DNA of 64,000 nucleotides. Source: Ilumatobacteraceae bacterium (GTDB taxonomy: Bacteria > Actinomycetota > Acidimicrobiia > Acidimicrobiales > Ilumatobacteraceae). Where the stretch lies: positions 1,014,125 through 1,078,124 of the forward strand of contig CBDDIP010000002.1 of the NCBI GenBank assembly GCA_965229005.1, written 5' to 3'. The notes under the pieces are model-generated. The model worked only from the letters and a program-made list of their open reading frames with translations. It made no database searches and had not been told where the DNA came from. Positions 1-7,987 of the stretch are shown piece after piece. The stretch's first letter is position 1. Every line of letters begins with the position of its first letter. A program made the position numbers and the translations under genes.

Positions 1-267
1 ATCGAGGCCGTCGTCGCAGCCATCGGGCTGGCGATGTTGGCCGGTGCAGTGGCGTCGGGTGGGGTGCGCAGTGGCTATGGCGTCTCGAACTCGTACTTCG
101 AGGTCGACATCGTCGATGGCCCGTGGGTCCTGTGGTTCCTCGCCGCGGCGTGCGTGCTGATGTGCATTGAGGCAGTGATCGCCGGCTGGCGGACAGCGGA
201 TTGGCTCGAAGCGGCCGTCGCTGCGGCGCCGGCTCCCGTCGAGCAGGCCGACACCATCCGTTCGTAG
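1..267 (+). CDS. 3' end of a membrane protein gene that begins upstream of the window (partial)
   Basis: Frame 1 is open from nt 1 to the stop at 265-267; hydrophobic C-terminal segment (WVLWFLAAACVLMCIEAVIAGW); no family recognised. Confidence 0.3.
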   Translation: MEAVVAAIGLAMLAGAVASGGVRSGYGVSNSYFEVDIVDGPWVLWFLAAACVLMCIEAVIAGWRTADWLEAAVAAAPAPVEQADTIRS

Positions 268-270
268 CGT

Positions 271-1356
271 TCAGGGCTCTCCGGTGATGGCGGGCGCCGG
301 CAGGGGGAAGCGGCGCTTCAGGGCGTTGATCGGGCCCTCGAAGAAGTGCCACGACAGCGCGGCGAGGGCGACCGTCATGGCCAGTGCGGGGATCGCCGTG
401 CCGGCCGGGAGGAAGTCGAACCAGGAGGATGCGAAGACGAGCAGCGGCAGGTGGAACAGGTACATCGCGTAGCTGATCTTGCCGAGGTACGGGAACGGGC
501 GCAGCGAGAGGAGCGCGGCAACCGCCGGCCACCCCGAGCTCCAGAGCACGAGGATGAGGCCGGCCACGGCGAGCGCCAGCGCGAAGTTCTCGGACGCTGC
601 CGCGAGCACGCGAGCAGCACTGCGATCGAACTGCCGGACGAGCAGCACCGGAACGAGGACAGCCGTCGCGGCCATGCTGATCCGTCCCGTCCTCCTGCGG
701 TCGATGCCGAGGAACGAACCCTTGGCCTGCACGATGGCTGCGGCGATGCCGATCAGGATGCAGTCGAACTGGAACGGCGACAGCAGCGTCGCGGCGGTGT
801 TGCCGCTCGCCTCGACGATCGCCCGCCCCGCGACCGCGACGACGGAACCGACCACGCACACCCAGCTGACGACTCGCACCGAGCAGCACAGGATCAGCAG
901 CGGTGCGAGGAGGTAGAAGTGCTCCTCGACCGACAGCGACCAGAGGTGCGACAGCCCGCCGGCGTTGATGCTGCCGTCGACGGCGAACTTGACGTTGGTG
1001 GTGTACGTGGCGTTCCACCAGAACGACTCGCTGCCGCCGACCTGACGTTGCCCGCTCCACTGGAGGATCAGCAGGGCGGCGAGGAGGGCGTAGTACACGG
1101 GGAAGATCCGTAGCGCGCGACGGGCGTAGAAGACCCGCATCCGTCGACCGAGCGGCACCGGCCGCGCCTTGGCCAGCTCGAGCAGCCCGCCGCCGATGAG
1201 GAAGCCGGACAGGACGAAGAAGACCTGGACGCCGAGCGCGCCGTACCCGACCACGCGGCGGACGGAATCGCTCCCGTTCTGCAAGGCGTGGAACACGAAC
1301 ACGCCGAAGAAGGCGAAGAAGCGCAACCCGTCGAGCGACCGAACGTGGGCTGTCAC
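271..1356 (-). CDS. acyltransferase family 3 membrane protein (OatA/NolL-like O-acyltransferase)
   Basis: N-terminal LDGLRFFAFFGVFVFH motif and multi-TM body typical of acyltransferase_3. The listed ORF runs to 1509 but that 5' extension overlaps the upstream palindromic repeats; GTG at 1356 (VTAHVRSLDGLR) is the more likely start. Confidence 0.6.
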   Translation of the reverse strand: MTAHVRSLDGLRFFAFFGVFVFHALQNGSDSVRRVVGYGALGVQVFFVLSGFLIGGGLLELAKARPVPLGRRMRVFYARRALRIFPVYYALLAALLILQWSGQRQVGGSESFWWNATYTTNVKFAVDGSINAGGLSHLWSLSVEEHFYLLAPLLILCCSVRVVSWVCVVGSVVAVAGRAIVEASGNTAATLLSPFQFDCILIGIAAAIVQAKGSFLGIDRRRTGRISMAATAVLVPVLLVRQFDRSAARVLAAASENFALALAVAGLILVLWSSGWPAVAALLSLRPFPYLGKISYAMYLFHLPLLVFASSWFDFLPAGTAIPALAMTVALAALSWHFFEGPINALKRRFPLPAPAITGEP

Positions 1357-1480
1357 CGGTCGATCGTCTCCGTCGGTCTCCGCCAACACTGCTCCCGTCG
1401 TCGCGCCCGGTCGGGCGATCCGCGGACCGTAGTGCGACCCGCCGAGCGTCGCAATCAACCCGGCCCGAGGCGCTCGCCCG

Positions 1481-1582
1481 TTCGTGAGTTCGAGTGCCAC
1501 TGGTGGCACGGAACCTCACGGATCGCGTGGCTTCGTGAGGTTGGGTGCCACCGGTGGCACTGAGGCTCACGGATGTGTCAGC
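1481..1582. promoter_or_regulatory. two tandem ~51-bp units, each centred on a 16-bp perfect palindrome GTGCCAC-NN-GTGGCAC flanked by CGTGAG / CTCACG arms
   Basis: Seen directly: gtgccactggtggcac at 1494-1509 and gtgccaccggtggcac at 1545-1560, each preceded by ttcgtgag and followed by (a/g)cctcacggat; lies in the divergent region between the acyltransferase gene and the 1618 membrane-protein gene. Confidence 0.5.
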
Positions 1583-1617
1583 GATGTCGCGCGACATGGC
1601 GCCGGTACGATCCGGGG

Positions 1618-2142
1618 ATGGCCACGGCGAAGCGTCCGTTCTGGATGCACCAGCTGGTCGAGTACCTCCTCGGTGGGGCGCTCCTGGCCACCGGGTTGCA
1701 GAGCCCGACGCCGGCGATGCCGAGCATCGTCGGCGGGATCATCGTCTTCCACGGGGCGATCACCAAGGGCGCGCTCGCCGCGTTCCAGTGGATCCCGCGC
1801 CGCCTGCATCGCGCCATCGACCCGGTGATCATCCTCCTCGAGATCGTCGCCGGTGTTCAGCCGGTGATCGACGTCGAGAGCGGGACCCGGCTGATCATGG
1901 TCGGCATCGCACTCGCCCATGCGTTCGTGTGGTGGCAGAGCAGCTTCCTGGAGAAGCCGTCACGCCGCGAACGCAAGGCGACGGCTGCCGCCGAGGCTGC
2001 CGCCCGTGCCGATGCGGGCATCGTCCCGCCGCCGCTGCCCGACGACCGCAGCACCGAGATCGGCAGGACCGCCGGCCGCGTCGCGGCCAACGGCGTCAAG
2101 TTCGTGAAGCGCAAGAAGGCCGAGCGCGACCAGCGCCGCTGA
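1618..2142 (+). CDS. hypothetical integral membrane protein
   Basis: ATG at 1618 (MATAKRPFWMHQLVEYLLGG); 3-4 predicted TM helices and a basic C-terminal tail; consistent GC3 bias; no family recognised. Confidence 0.45.
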   Translation: MATAKRPFWMHQLVEYLLGGALLATGLQSPTPAMPSIVGGIIVFHGAITKGALAAFQWIPRRLHRAIDPVIILLEIVAGVQPVIDVESGTRLIMVGIALAHAFVWWQSSFLEKPSRRERKATAAAEAAARADAGIVPPPLPDDRSTEIGRTAGRVAANGVKFVKRKKAERDQRR

Positions 2143-2147
2143 TCACG

Positions 2148-4196
2148 TCAGCTGCGGCGGCCGACCACCGTGATCGGTGTGGTCGCCCCCGTCGGGTTGA
2201 AGATCCCGAACCCGAACGTCAGCGTGTCGGCGCTGGCGAAGCCGAACCGGGTGCCGACGTTGCCACTGACGCCCATCGGCCCGAGCCGGGTGATCTGCCA
2301 CGTGTGACCGTCGGTGGTGTCCAGCACCCATGCATCGGACGGCTGCTGCCGATCGACGCCATCGGGGTTGCGCCGCTGCTGCTCGACCATCTGTGCGTTG
2401 TTGATCTCCGCGGAGCTGAACGTGTCGATCCGCTCACCGGTGTCGGGGTCGACCACGTCGAAGCCACCGTCGCCGGTGGGCTGCAGCAGGCCGTGCCGGG
2501 GCGATCCACCGAACATGAAGCCGAGCGCCATCTCGTCGAGCACCGTGCCGTTGCTGTCGGTCAAGCGCAGCCCACCCATCCAGTCGGTGATGGTCAGCTT
2601 CAGTTGACCGTGGTCGAGGAGCAGCCCACCCGAGGCGGCGAGCTCGTCTCGTCTGGCTGTCAGCAGCACCGCAGCACCGACCGGCCCGCTGACCACGCGC
2701 GTCTCGACGATGCGCCATGCCGGATCGAGCTGCAGCAGCGGATCGAGCGCAACGCCGTCCCACGTGGTCCCGTCGCTGCTGGTGTAGGCGACGTGCTGCA
2801 ACCCGAGCGTGCCGGCCAGCAGCAGCGTGTGGTCCGGCAGGGAGACGATCGCCGGCGAATCGATCGCCGGCAGGACGCCTTCCGTCCACGACGTGCCGTC
2901 GGGGCTCATCCACAGGCGCGGGCCTTGAGCCGTCACCAGCAGCATCGCGAACGAGTCGCCGGTCCAGATCAGCTGCGTGGTGCCGGCGCCGTCGGTGACG
3001 CCGGAGGCGCCGCCCGGCAGCACCGCCTCCACCCACTCGCCGCCGTCCGTGGACACGAACACGCGGGGCCGCCCCTGCAGGGTGAGGATCGAGTCGGCGG
3101 ACAGACCGAGCTGGTCGAACGGGATCACCTTGGTGACGGCGCCGCGGGTTGCTTCGGCCGGCAGCATCGAGATGTTGCCGGACGGATCGAGGCAGAACCA
3201 CGTCGCCCCCGGGATGCCACCGGGCCCGACGAGGATGGTCGTCGCCACCGCGCCGCCGGCGATGATCCCCTTCGGATCCTGGGTGAGCTTCGAACCAGCG
3301 GGACAGGCGTCCTTCAGCGCCGCCTCGTCGGGCTCGCCGTAGATCGCGTAGCCCTCGTCGGTGACGTCGCCGCCGTACGGTGCGTCGACGCCGGCGGGAA
3401 CGATCACGGGTGCGCCGGGGAAGTTGTACTGCGCCGGCGTCAGCAACGCGACGGCCACACCGTTCGCCGCGGCGAGCGTCGGCGGGAGGAAACGTGCGTT
3501 GGTGCCCAGTTGCTCCGTGATCGAGCCGACGTCGACCGGCAGCGGCTGGTCCGTCCACGTCGTGCCGCCGTCGCTGCTCGTCGAGCCGACGTACTGGAAG
3601 CTGCCGCCCGCCGGGGCAGTCCCCAGCGCGTACAGCGAGGCGTCCGAGTCACCGGACAGCGTCGTCACCCAGCGATCATCGAGCGGGGCGCCGGATGCCT
3701 GGAACTCGACACCGTCGCTCGTGCGGAACACCTGCTGCTTGGTCGGTGCGCCGTTGATCGTCGGCGCCGTGCCGAGCGCGTACACCGATGCGCCGTTGTG
3801 GGTGACGTCGCGGTAGGAGCCGTAGCCCGACAGCGTGTTCGTCGGCGTCGTGGCGTCCCAGGTGATCCCCGTCGCACCTTCCGTCGCTGCGGGCAGGTCG
3901 AACAGGAGCAGGCCCTGGTCCGGGCTGGACTCCAAGCGAGTCCCGGTCGGAGTCGCCGGCGCGCGATCGCTGCGCTGGTGCTGCTTGATGAACGACACCG
4001 CGGTGACCGCGGTACCGAGCACGGCGACGGCCGCCACCCCCACCATGATCGACGTGTTCCGCCGACGACGCGCAGCTCCGCGTTCCATGACCACCTCCAC
4101 TCCTGGATCGAACGACTCGAACTGCCGCGCCTCGGCGGCCAGCTCCTGGCGGACTCGCGTGCCCAACGGACGCGGCGGGTGGTTCGGCTCCATCAC
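2148..4196 (-). CDS. anti-sigma factor with single TM segment and large extracytoplasmic BNR/Asp-box repeat (beta-propeller-like) domain
   Basis: Start overlaps the sigma-factor stop (ATGA at 4193-4196). Short cytoplasmic N-terminus, then TM (IMVGVAAVAVLGTAVTAVSFI). At least five S-x-D-x-G-x-T-W Asp-box motifs (TSSDGGTTW, STDGGEW, SPDGTSW, TSSDGTTW, TTDGHTW). Confidence 0.6.
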   Translation of the reverse strand: MMEPNHPPRPLGTRVRQELAAEARQFESFDPGVEVVMERGAARRRRNTSIMVGVAAVAVLGTAVTAVSFIKQHQRSDRAPATPTGTRLESSPDQGLLLFDLPAATEGATGITWDATTPTNTLSGYGSYRDVTHNGASVYALGTAPTINGAPTKQQVFRTSDGVEFQASGAPLDDRWVTTLSGDSDASLYALGTAPAGGSFQYVGSTSSDGGTTWTDQPLPVDVGSITEQLGTNARFLPPTLAAANGVAVALLTPAQYNFPGAPVIVPAGVDAPYGGDVTDEGYAIYGEPDEAALKDACPAGSKLTQDPKGIIAGGAVATTILVGPGGIPGATWFCLDPSGNISMLPAEATRGAVTKVIPFDQLGLSADSILTLQGRPRVFVSTDGGEWVEAVLPGGASGVTDGAGTTQLIWTGDSFAMLLVTAQGPRLWMSPDGTSWTEGVLPAIDSPAIVSLPDHTLLLAGTLGLQHVAYTSSDGTTWDGVALDPLLQLDPAWRIVETRVVSGPVGAAVLLTARRDELAASGGLLLDHGQLKLTITDWMGGLRLTDSNGTVLDEMALGFMFGGSPRHGLLQPTGDGGFDVVDPDTGERIDTFSSAEINNAQMVEQQRRNPDGVDRQQPSDAWVLDTTDGHTWQITRLGPMGVSGNVGTRFGFASADTLTFGFGIFNPTGATTPITVVGRRS

Positions 4197-4720
4197 GCCT
4201 CCTCCACGGTCCGCGGGCGCAGCTCCACCGACAGCTGGTGCAGGGCCCGGTGCAAGCGGCTCTTCACCGTGCCAGGACGGATGCCGAGCGCCCGAGCCGT
4301 CTCCAGCTCACTGAGCTCGAGGAAGAAGCGGCAGACGACGACGGCGCGTCGATCGAGGTCGAGCTGACCGATCGCCGCCATCAGCTTCGGGTCGGCGGGC
4401 TCGATCGCGCCCAGAGAGATCTGGTGCAGCGTGCGCCGCGGCCCACCGCGGCGACGCAAGGTGCTGTTCGCCCAGTTCAACCCGACCCGGTAGACCCAGC
4501 CCGCCGGGTTGTCGAGCAGCTGCACGGTCCGCCACCTCGCGTAGGCCCGTGCCATCGCTTCATCGGCGGCCTCGTTCGCCAGATCGTTGTCCCGGAGCGT
4601 CAGCGCCAACGCCTTGGCGACCTGCGTGCGGGTGCGCTCGTAGAACCCTTCGAACGAAGGGTTCGCCGCCACGACCAGGACCGGATCGGTCGTGCGTCGG
4701 GCCGAGTTGCCTCGCGCCAT
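4193..4720 (-). CDS. ECF (sigma-70 family group 4) RNA polymerase sigma factor
   Basis: Region 2 and region 4 signatures (…FEGFYERTRTQVAKALAL…, …LSELETARALGIRPGTVKSRLHRAL…). Internal ATG at 4720 (MARGNSARR) preferred over the ORF start at 4759. Confidence 0.8.
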   Translation of the reverse strand: MARGNSARRTTDPVLVVAANPSFEGFYERTRTQVAKALALTLRDNDLANEAADEAMARAYARWRTVQLLDNPAGWVYRVGLNWANSTLRRRGGPRRTLHQISLGAIEPADPKLMAAIGQLDLDRRAVVVCRFFLELSELETARALGIRPGTVKSRLHRALHQLSVELRPRTVEEA

Positions 4721-4782
4721 CACGCTGTCCACAGCAGGCAGACTCCCGAGACGGCGCATCGGTTCCCGATCCTGTCAGCCCG

Positions 4783-6558
4783 TCACGGCGCGCCGGTCAG
4801 CGCATCGGCCTCCTGGTCGCGGCCCTGCTCGCGGTACAGGCGGACGAGGTTGCTGCGCGGCCCCGGGTCGTGTGGTGCCAGGTCCATCGCCGCCAACCAC
4901 GCTCGCTCGGCCGTCAGCTCGTCGCCGACGCGCACCGCTGCGGTGCCGTAGAGCAGTTGCAGCGCAGCGTTGTGCTGATCGTGGGCGACGAGGCGGGCGA
5001 GGTAGGTGACGGCTCGTGACGGGTCCTGCGCCGTCAAACGCTGCGCCTGCTGCAGCTCGACGATCGGATCCCGCGACGACCACGACGACGCGTCGTCGAG
5101 CGCCTGTGCGCGCTCGGCCTCGTCGTCGGTCACCGATACCAGCAGCAGCTGCAGGCGCAGCTCGTCCGGACGTAGGTCGACGGCGTGTTGCGCCGCCCGC
5201 GTTGCGTCAGCGCTGTTCGCCGCCGTCACCGCGTCGCGGGCAGCACGGTCGGCGATCATGTCGCGCGCGCCCCACCACAGCGCGATCACGCCGACGCCGC
5301 CCGCGAACGACGCGGCCGCGAATCGTGCGACACGAGGTGAGGGGCGCGACATGGCGAACGTCGGCGCGTCGGCGAGCACGAGCGACCCGAACAGCATGAA
5401 CGCGATCGGCTCGACCTCCGCCAACGGGAAGAGGAACTGCTGCTGGATCAGGTAGCCGACGAGCGCCAGCGCGGCAGTCCGATCGGCGCGTCCGAGTCGG
5501 CGCCGACGCATCGCCACCGTGCCTGCGCCGATCACACCGAGGTAGAGCACCGCGGCCGGCACGCCACCGGCGAGCGCGATGTCGAGCACCCCGTTGTGCG
5601 CCCGATCGGGGAGCGGCGAACGTCCGTGGGCTCGCTCGTACTCGGCGTCGACGCCGTCGGCGAACACGATGCGATAGCCCTCCGGCCCGGCGCCGAGCAG
5701 CAGGTGGTGCGACAGCGCCGCGGTGCCCACGCGCCACTCGTCGATGCGGTTCGCCCCACCGGGCGACTCGCGGTTCATCGCCGATCCGACCCGTGTACCG
5801 ACCGGCGTCGTCGCCGCCGCAGCGATCACGACGATGACCGCGGCTGCCGCCGCGAGCCAGGTCCTCCGTCGCCGCCTGCCACGCACCAGCGCCCACCCGC
5901 CGACGGCCGCCAACGCGACCCACGCGCCGCGGGTGCCGGATCCGACGACCCCGAACACGGCGCTCGCCGCCGCCACACCGCCGGCTCGTCGCCACGCCAG
6001 CGAACGCGATCCGTCGAGCGCGACGTTCGCTGCCGCCGGCGCGATCAGCACGCACGCTGCGCCGAGGTACGCCGCCGATCCGAAGGTGCCGGTCAATCGC
6101 TCCGTGCCGGCGGCCACGACGGGATGCCCGAACGCGTCCGCCACGAGCACGGGTGCCAATCCGAGGCCGGCGAGGATCAGTCCGTCGACCACCGCCCGGC
6201 GGCTCGCGCCGGCGACGAACAAGACGGCGCAGCACAGCCACAGCAACCAGCCGGCGTGGCGTTCGGGCAGTCCGAGCCAGGCGAACCGCGGGTCGACGCC
6301 GCGCCACGCGGCCATGGCCATCCAGACGAGCAGTGCAACGAGCAGGCCGCCGACCACACGACCGGAGCGCCGCCACGTGCCCGTCCACGACGCAGCTGCC
6401 GCAACCAATGCCGTGCCGACCGTTGCCACGGCCCACTTCACCGGAGCGAACGAGTACCAGCCGGCCGGGTCGAACGCCAGCACGAGGGCGGCCGTGGTCG
6501 CGGCCGCGGCGACGTCCGTCGCTCCCCACACCCCTTCGCTTCGCCGCACGGCGGGCAC
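4783..6558 (-). CDS. O-antigen ligase (Wzy_C)-like polytopic membrane protein with C-terminal TPR repeats
   Basis: About 10 TM helices with a central large loop typical of O-antigen ligase/WaaL-like proteins; C-terminal about 120 aa TPR-like (…AALQLLYGTAAVRVGDELTAERAWLAAMDLAP…LVRLYREQGRDQEA). Confidence 0.55.
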   Translation of the reverse strand: MPAVRRSEGVWGATDVAAAATTAALVLAFDPAGWYSFAPVKWAVATVGTALVAAAASWTGTWRRSGRVVGGLLVALLVWMAMAAWRGVDPRFAWLGLPERHAGWLLWLCCAVLFVAGASRRAVVDGLILAGLGLAPVLVADAFGHPVVAAGTERLTGTFGSAAYLGAACVLIAPAAANVALDGSRSLAWRRAGGVAAASAVFGVVGSGTRGAWVALAAVGGWALVRGRRRRRTWLAAAAAVIVVIAAAATTPVGTRVGSAMNRESPGGANRIDEWRVGTAALSHHLLLGAGPEGYRIVFADGVDAEYERAHGRSPLPDRAHNGVLDIALAGGVPAAVLYLGVIGAGTVAMRRRRLGRADRTAALALVGYLIQQQFLFPLAEVEPIAFMLFGSLVLADAPTFAMSRPSPRVARFAAASFAGGVGVIALWWGARDMIADRAARDAVTAANSADATRAAQHAVDLRPDELRLQLLLVSVTDDEAERAQALDDASSWSSRDPIVELQQAQRLTAQDPSRAVTYLARLVAHDQHNAALQLLYGTAAVRVGDELTAERAWLAAMDLAPHDPGPRSNLVRLYREQGRDQEADALTGAP

Positions 6559-6606
6559 GATAGAGCGCTCGGGGTTGTCGGCGACCGCGTCGGTAGCCTG
6601 GCCGGC

Positions 6607-6774
6607 ATGTCGTTCGAGCCCCCCGCCCCCGATCTGCAGAAGCTCATCAGTGCATGGGACGAGTGGGAGCGCGGCGAGGAGACGCCGGGTCGCGTGCTGG
6701 CCAACATGAAGACCGCCGGCCTGCCCCAGGTGCTCCGGCAGCTCGTCGACAGCGGCTGGCTCCCCAGTTCGTGA
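6607..6774 (+). CDS. small hypothetical protein (55 aa)
   Basis: ATG at 6607 (MSFEPPAPDLQKLISAWDEWERGEETPGRVLANMKTAGLPQVLRQLVDSGWLPSS); sits in the gap between the ligase and the Nudix gene; only the tail of a longer antisense ORF, so weak. Confidence 0.3.
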   Translation: MSFEPPAPDLQKLISAWDEWERGEETPGRVLANMKTAGLPQVLRQLVDSGWLPSS

Positions 6775-6789
6775 CCGGACCCGGCTGAC

Positions 6790-7476
6790 ATGAGCCGGCG
6801 GTCTGGCGGCCAGCAGTTCATCCCACGCCCCGACGCGTGGCGCGCCGGCGCCGATGCACCGTGGTCGAGCACGCCGGTGCGGCCGATCTCCGTCGCCGAG
6901 GTGGCGGCGGCGATCGTTCGCCGCCCCGCTCCGCCCGAGCCGCTGTCACCCTTCGCCGACCATCGTCCGTCCGCGGTGATGCTCGTGCTGGCCGACGGCG
7001 ACGACGGCGCCGAGGTGCTGCTGACGCGGCGCTCGATGAACCTCTCGTCGCATCGCGGTGAGGTCAGCTTCCCCGGCGGACGCGTCGAGCCCGGTGAGAC
7101 GTTCGAGCAAGCCGCCCTTCGTGAGACGCTGGAGGAGGTCGCTCTGCCGAGCGAACGGCTGCAGATCGTCGGGCGGCTCGACAGCTTGTCGACCCTGGTC
7201 AGCCAGAGCTTCATCGTCCCGATCGTCGGCAGCATCGAGGGCAACCCCGACGCTCGCCCGCCGCTGCGCGCTGCGGCGGGCGAGGTCGACCGGATCTTCT
7301 GGGTGCCGCTCACGGACCTGGCCCGCGCCGACACCTATCGGGAGGAGTGGTGGGGCATGCCGCCGGACGACCGGGCCATCCACTTCTTCGAGCTCGATGA
7401 CGAGACCGTGTGGGGCGCGACGGCGAGAGTGCTCCGCCAGCTGCTCGAGCTGACGTTCGAGGCGTTCGGCGAGTAG
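6790..7476 (+). CDS. Nudix hydrolase, CoA pyrophosphatase (NudL-like)
   Basis: Nudix box GGRVEPGETFEQAALRETLEEVAL; overall architecture of CoA pyrophosphatases (LTRRSMNLSSHRGEVSFPGG). Confidence 0.7.
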   Translation: MSRRSGGQQFIPRPDAWRAGADAPWSSTPVRPISVAEVAAAIVRRPAPPEPLSPFADHRPSAVMLVLADGDDGAEVLLTRRSMNLSSHRGEVSFPGGRVEPGETFEQAALRETLEEVALPSERLQIVGRLDSLSTLVSQSFIVPIVGSIEGNPDARPPLRAAAGEVDRIFWVPLTDLARADTYREEWWGMPPDDRAIHFFELDDETVWGATARVLRQLLELTFEAFGE

Positions 7477-7483
7477 TTGGGCG

Positions 7484-7957
7484 TCAGGGCCCGCCGAAGG
7501 CGCGCACTGCCGCGTAGAACGTCGCCGCCCACGCGAAGCAGCTCGGCTGATCCCACAGGTGACGGTTGCGGCAGTGCGACTTCATGTCGGCCAGCAGTTG
7601 CTGGTCGACGCGGCGCCGCATCGTTCCGTTCCAGTAGGTGTGGCCGCTGCCGTACCGGGACTCCAGCCGCTGCAGGTTGCGGTAGCCGAAGTCGTGCCGG
7701 CGGCATGCGTCACGGAAGTCGAACGTCCGGCCGGTGGACCCGACCATGGGCGCCGAGCACTGGTCGGTCGACCAGTCGTACCAGGGATCGACGGGTGACT
7801 TTGCCGCGCGGATGAAGTCGCGCAGCGGGACGTCGAACACCATCCGCTGGACGAACGCCAGGTCGCCTGCGGCGGTGTGGGTGGAGCCGGCGAACACCGG
7901 CGATGCGACGGTCAGGACACTCGTGACCGCGACGAGCACCCGGAGAACGTGTCTCAT
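7484..7957 (-). CDS. secreted prokaryotic phospholipase A2
   Basis: Signal peptide (MRHVLRVLVAVTSVLTVASPVFAG); catalytic CRRHDFGYRN (His-Asp dyad of the bacterial/fungal PLA2 family); conserved Cys pairs. Confidence 0.7.
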   Translation of the reverse strand: MRHVLRVLVAVTSVLTVASPVFAGSTHTAAGDLAFVQRMVFDVPLRDFIRAAKSPVDPWYDWSTDQCSAPMVGSTGRTFDFRDACRRHDFGYRNLQRLESRYGSGHTYWNGTMRRRVDQQLLADMKSHCRNRHLWDQPSCFAWAATFYAAVRAFGGP

Positions 7958-7987
7958 GAATGCTCCCTTTGTTGTGGGAGCGCCGAG

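Noticed and set aside
346-1113. 255-aa + strand ORF inside the acyltransferase gene
   Set aside because: Antisense to a gene with a clear family signature; composition (Arg/Glu/Asp runs) is not protein-like.
1481-1582. Possible CRISPR array
   Set aside because: Only two repeat units, units are palindromic operators without unique spacers, and no cas genes in the window.
1545-4367. 940-aa + strand ORF
   Set aside because: Arg/Ala/Gly/Pro-rich low-complexity translation lying antisense to the well-supported anti-sigma and sigma genes; typical GC-rich alternative-frame artefact.
5207-6774. 440-aa - strand and 392-aa + strand ORFs overlapping the O-antigen ligase gene
   Set aside because: Alternative frames of the ligase locus with poly-Arg/Gly translations; only the last 55 codons (6607-6774), which fall in the intergenic gap, were kept as a weak small-ORF call.
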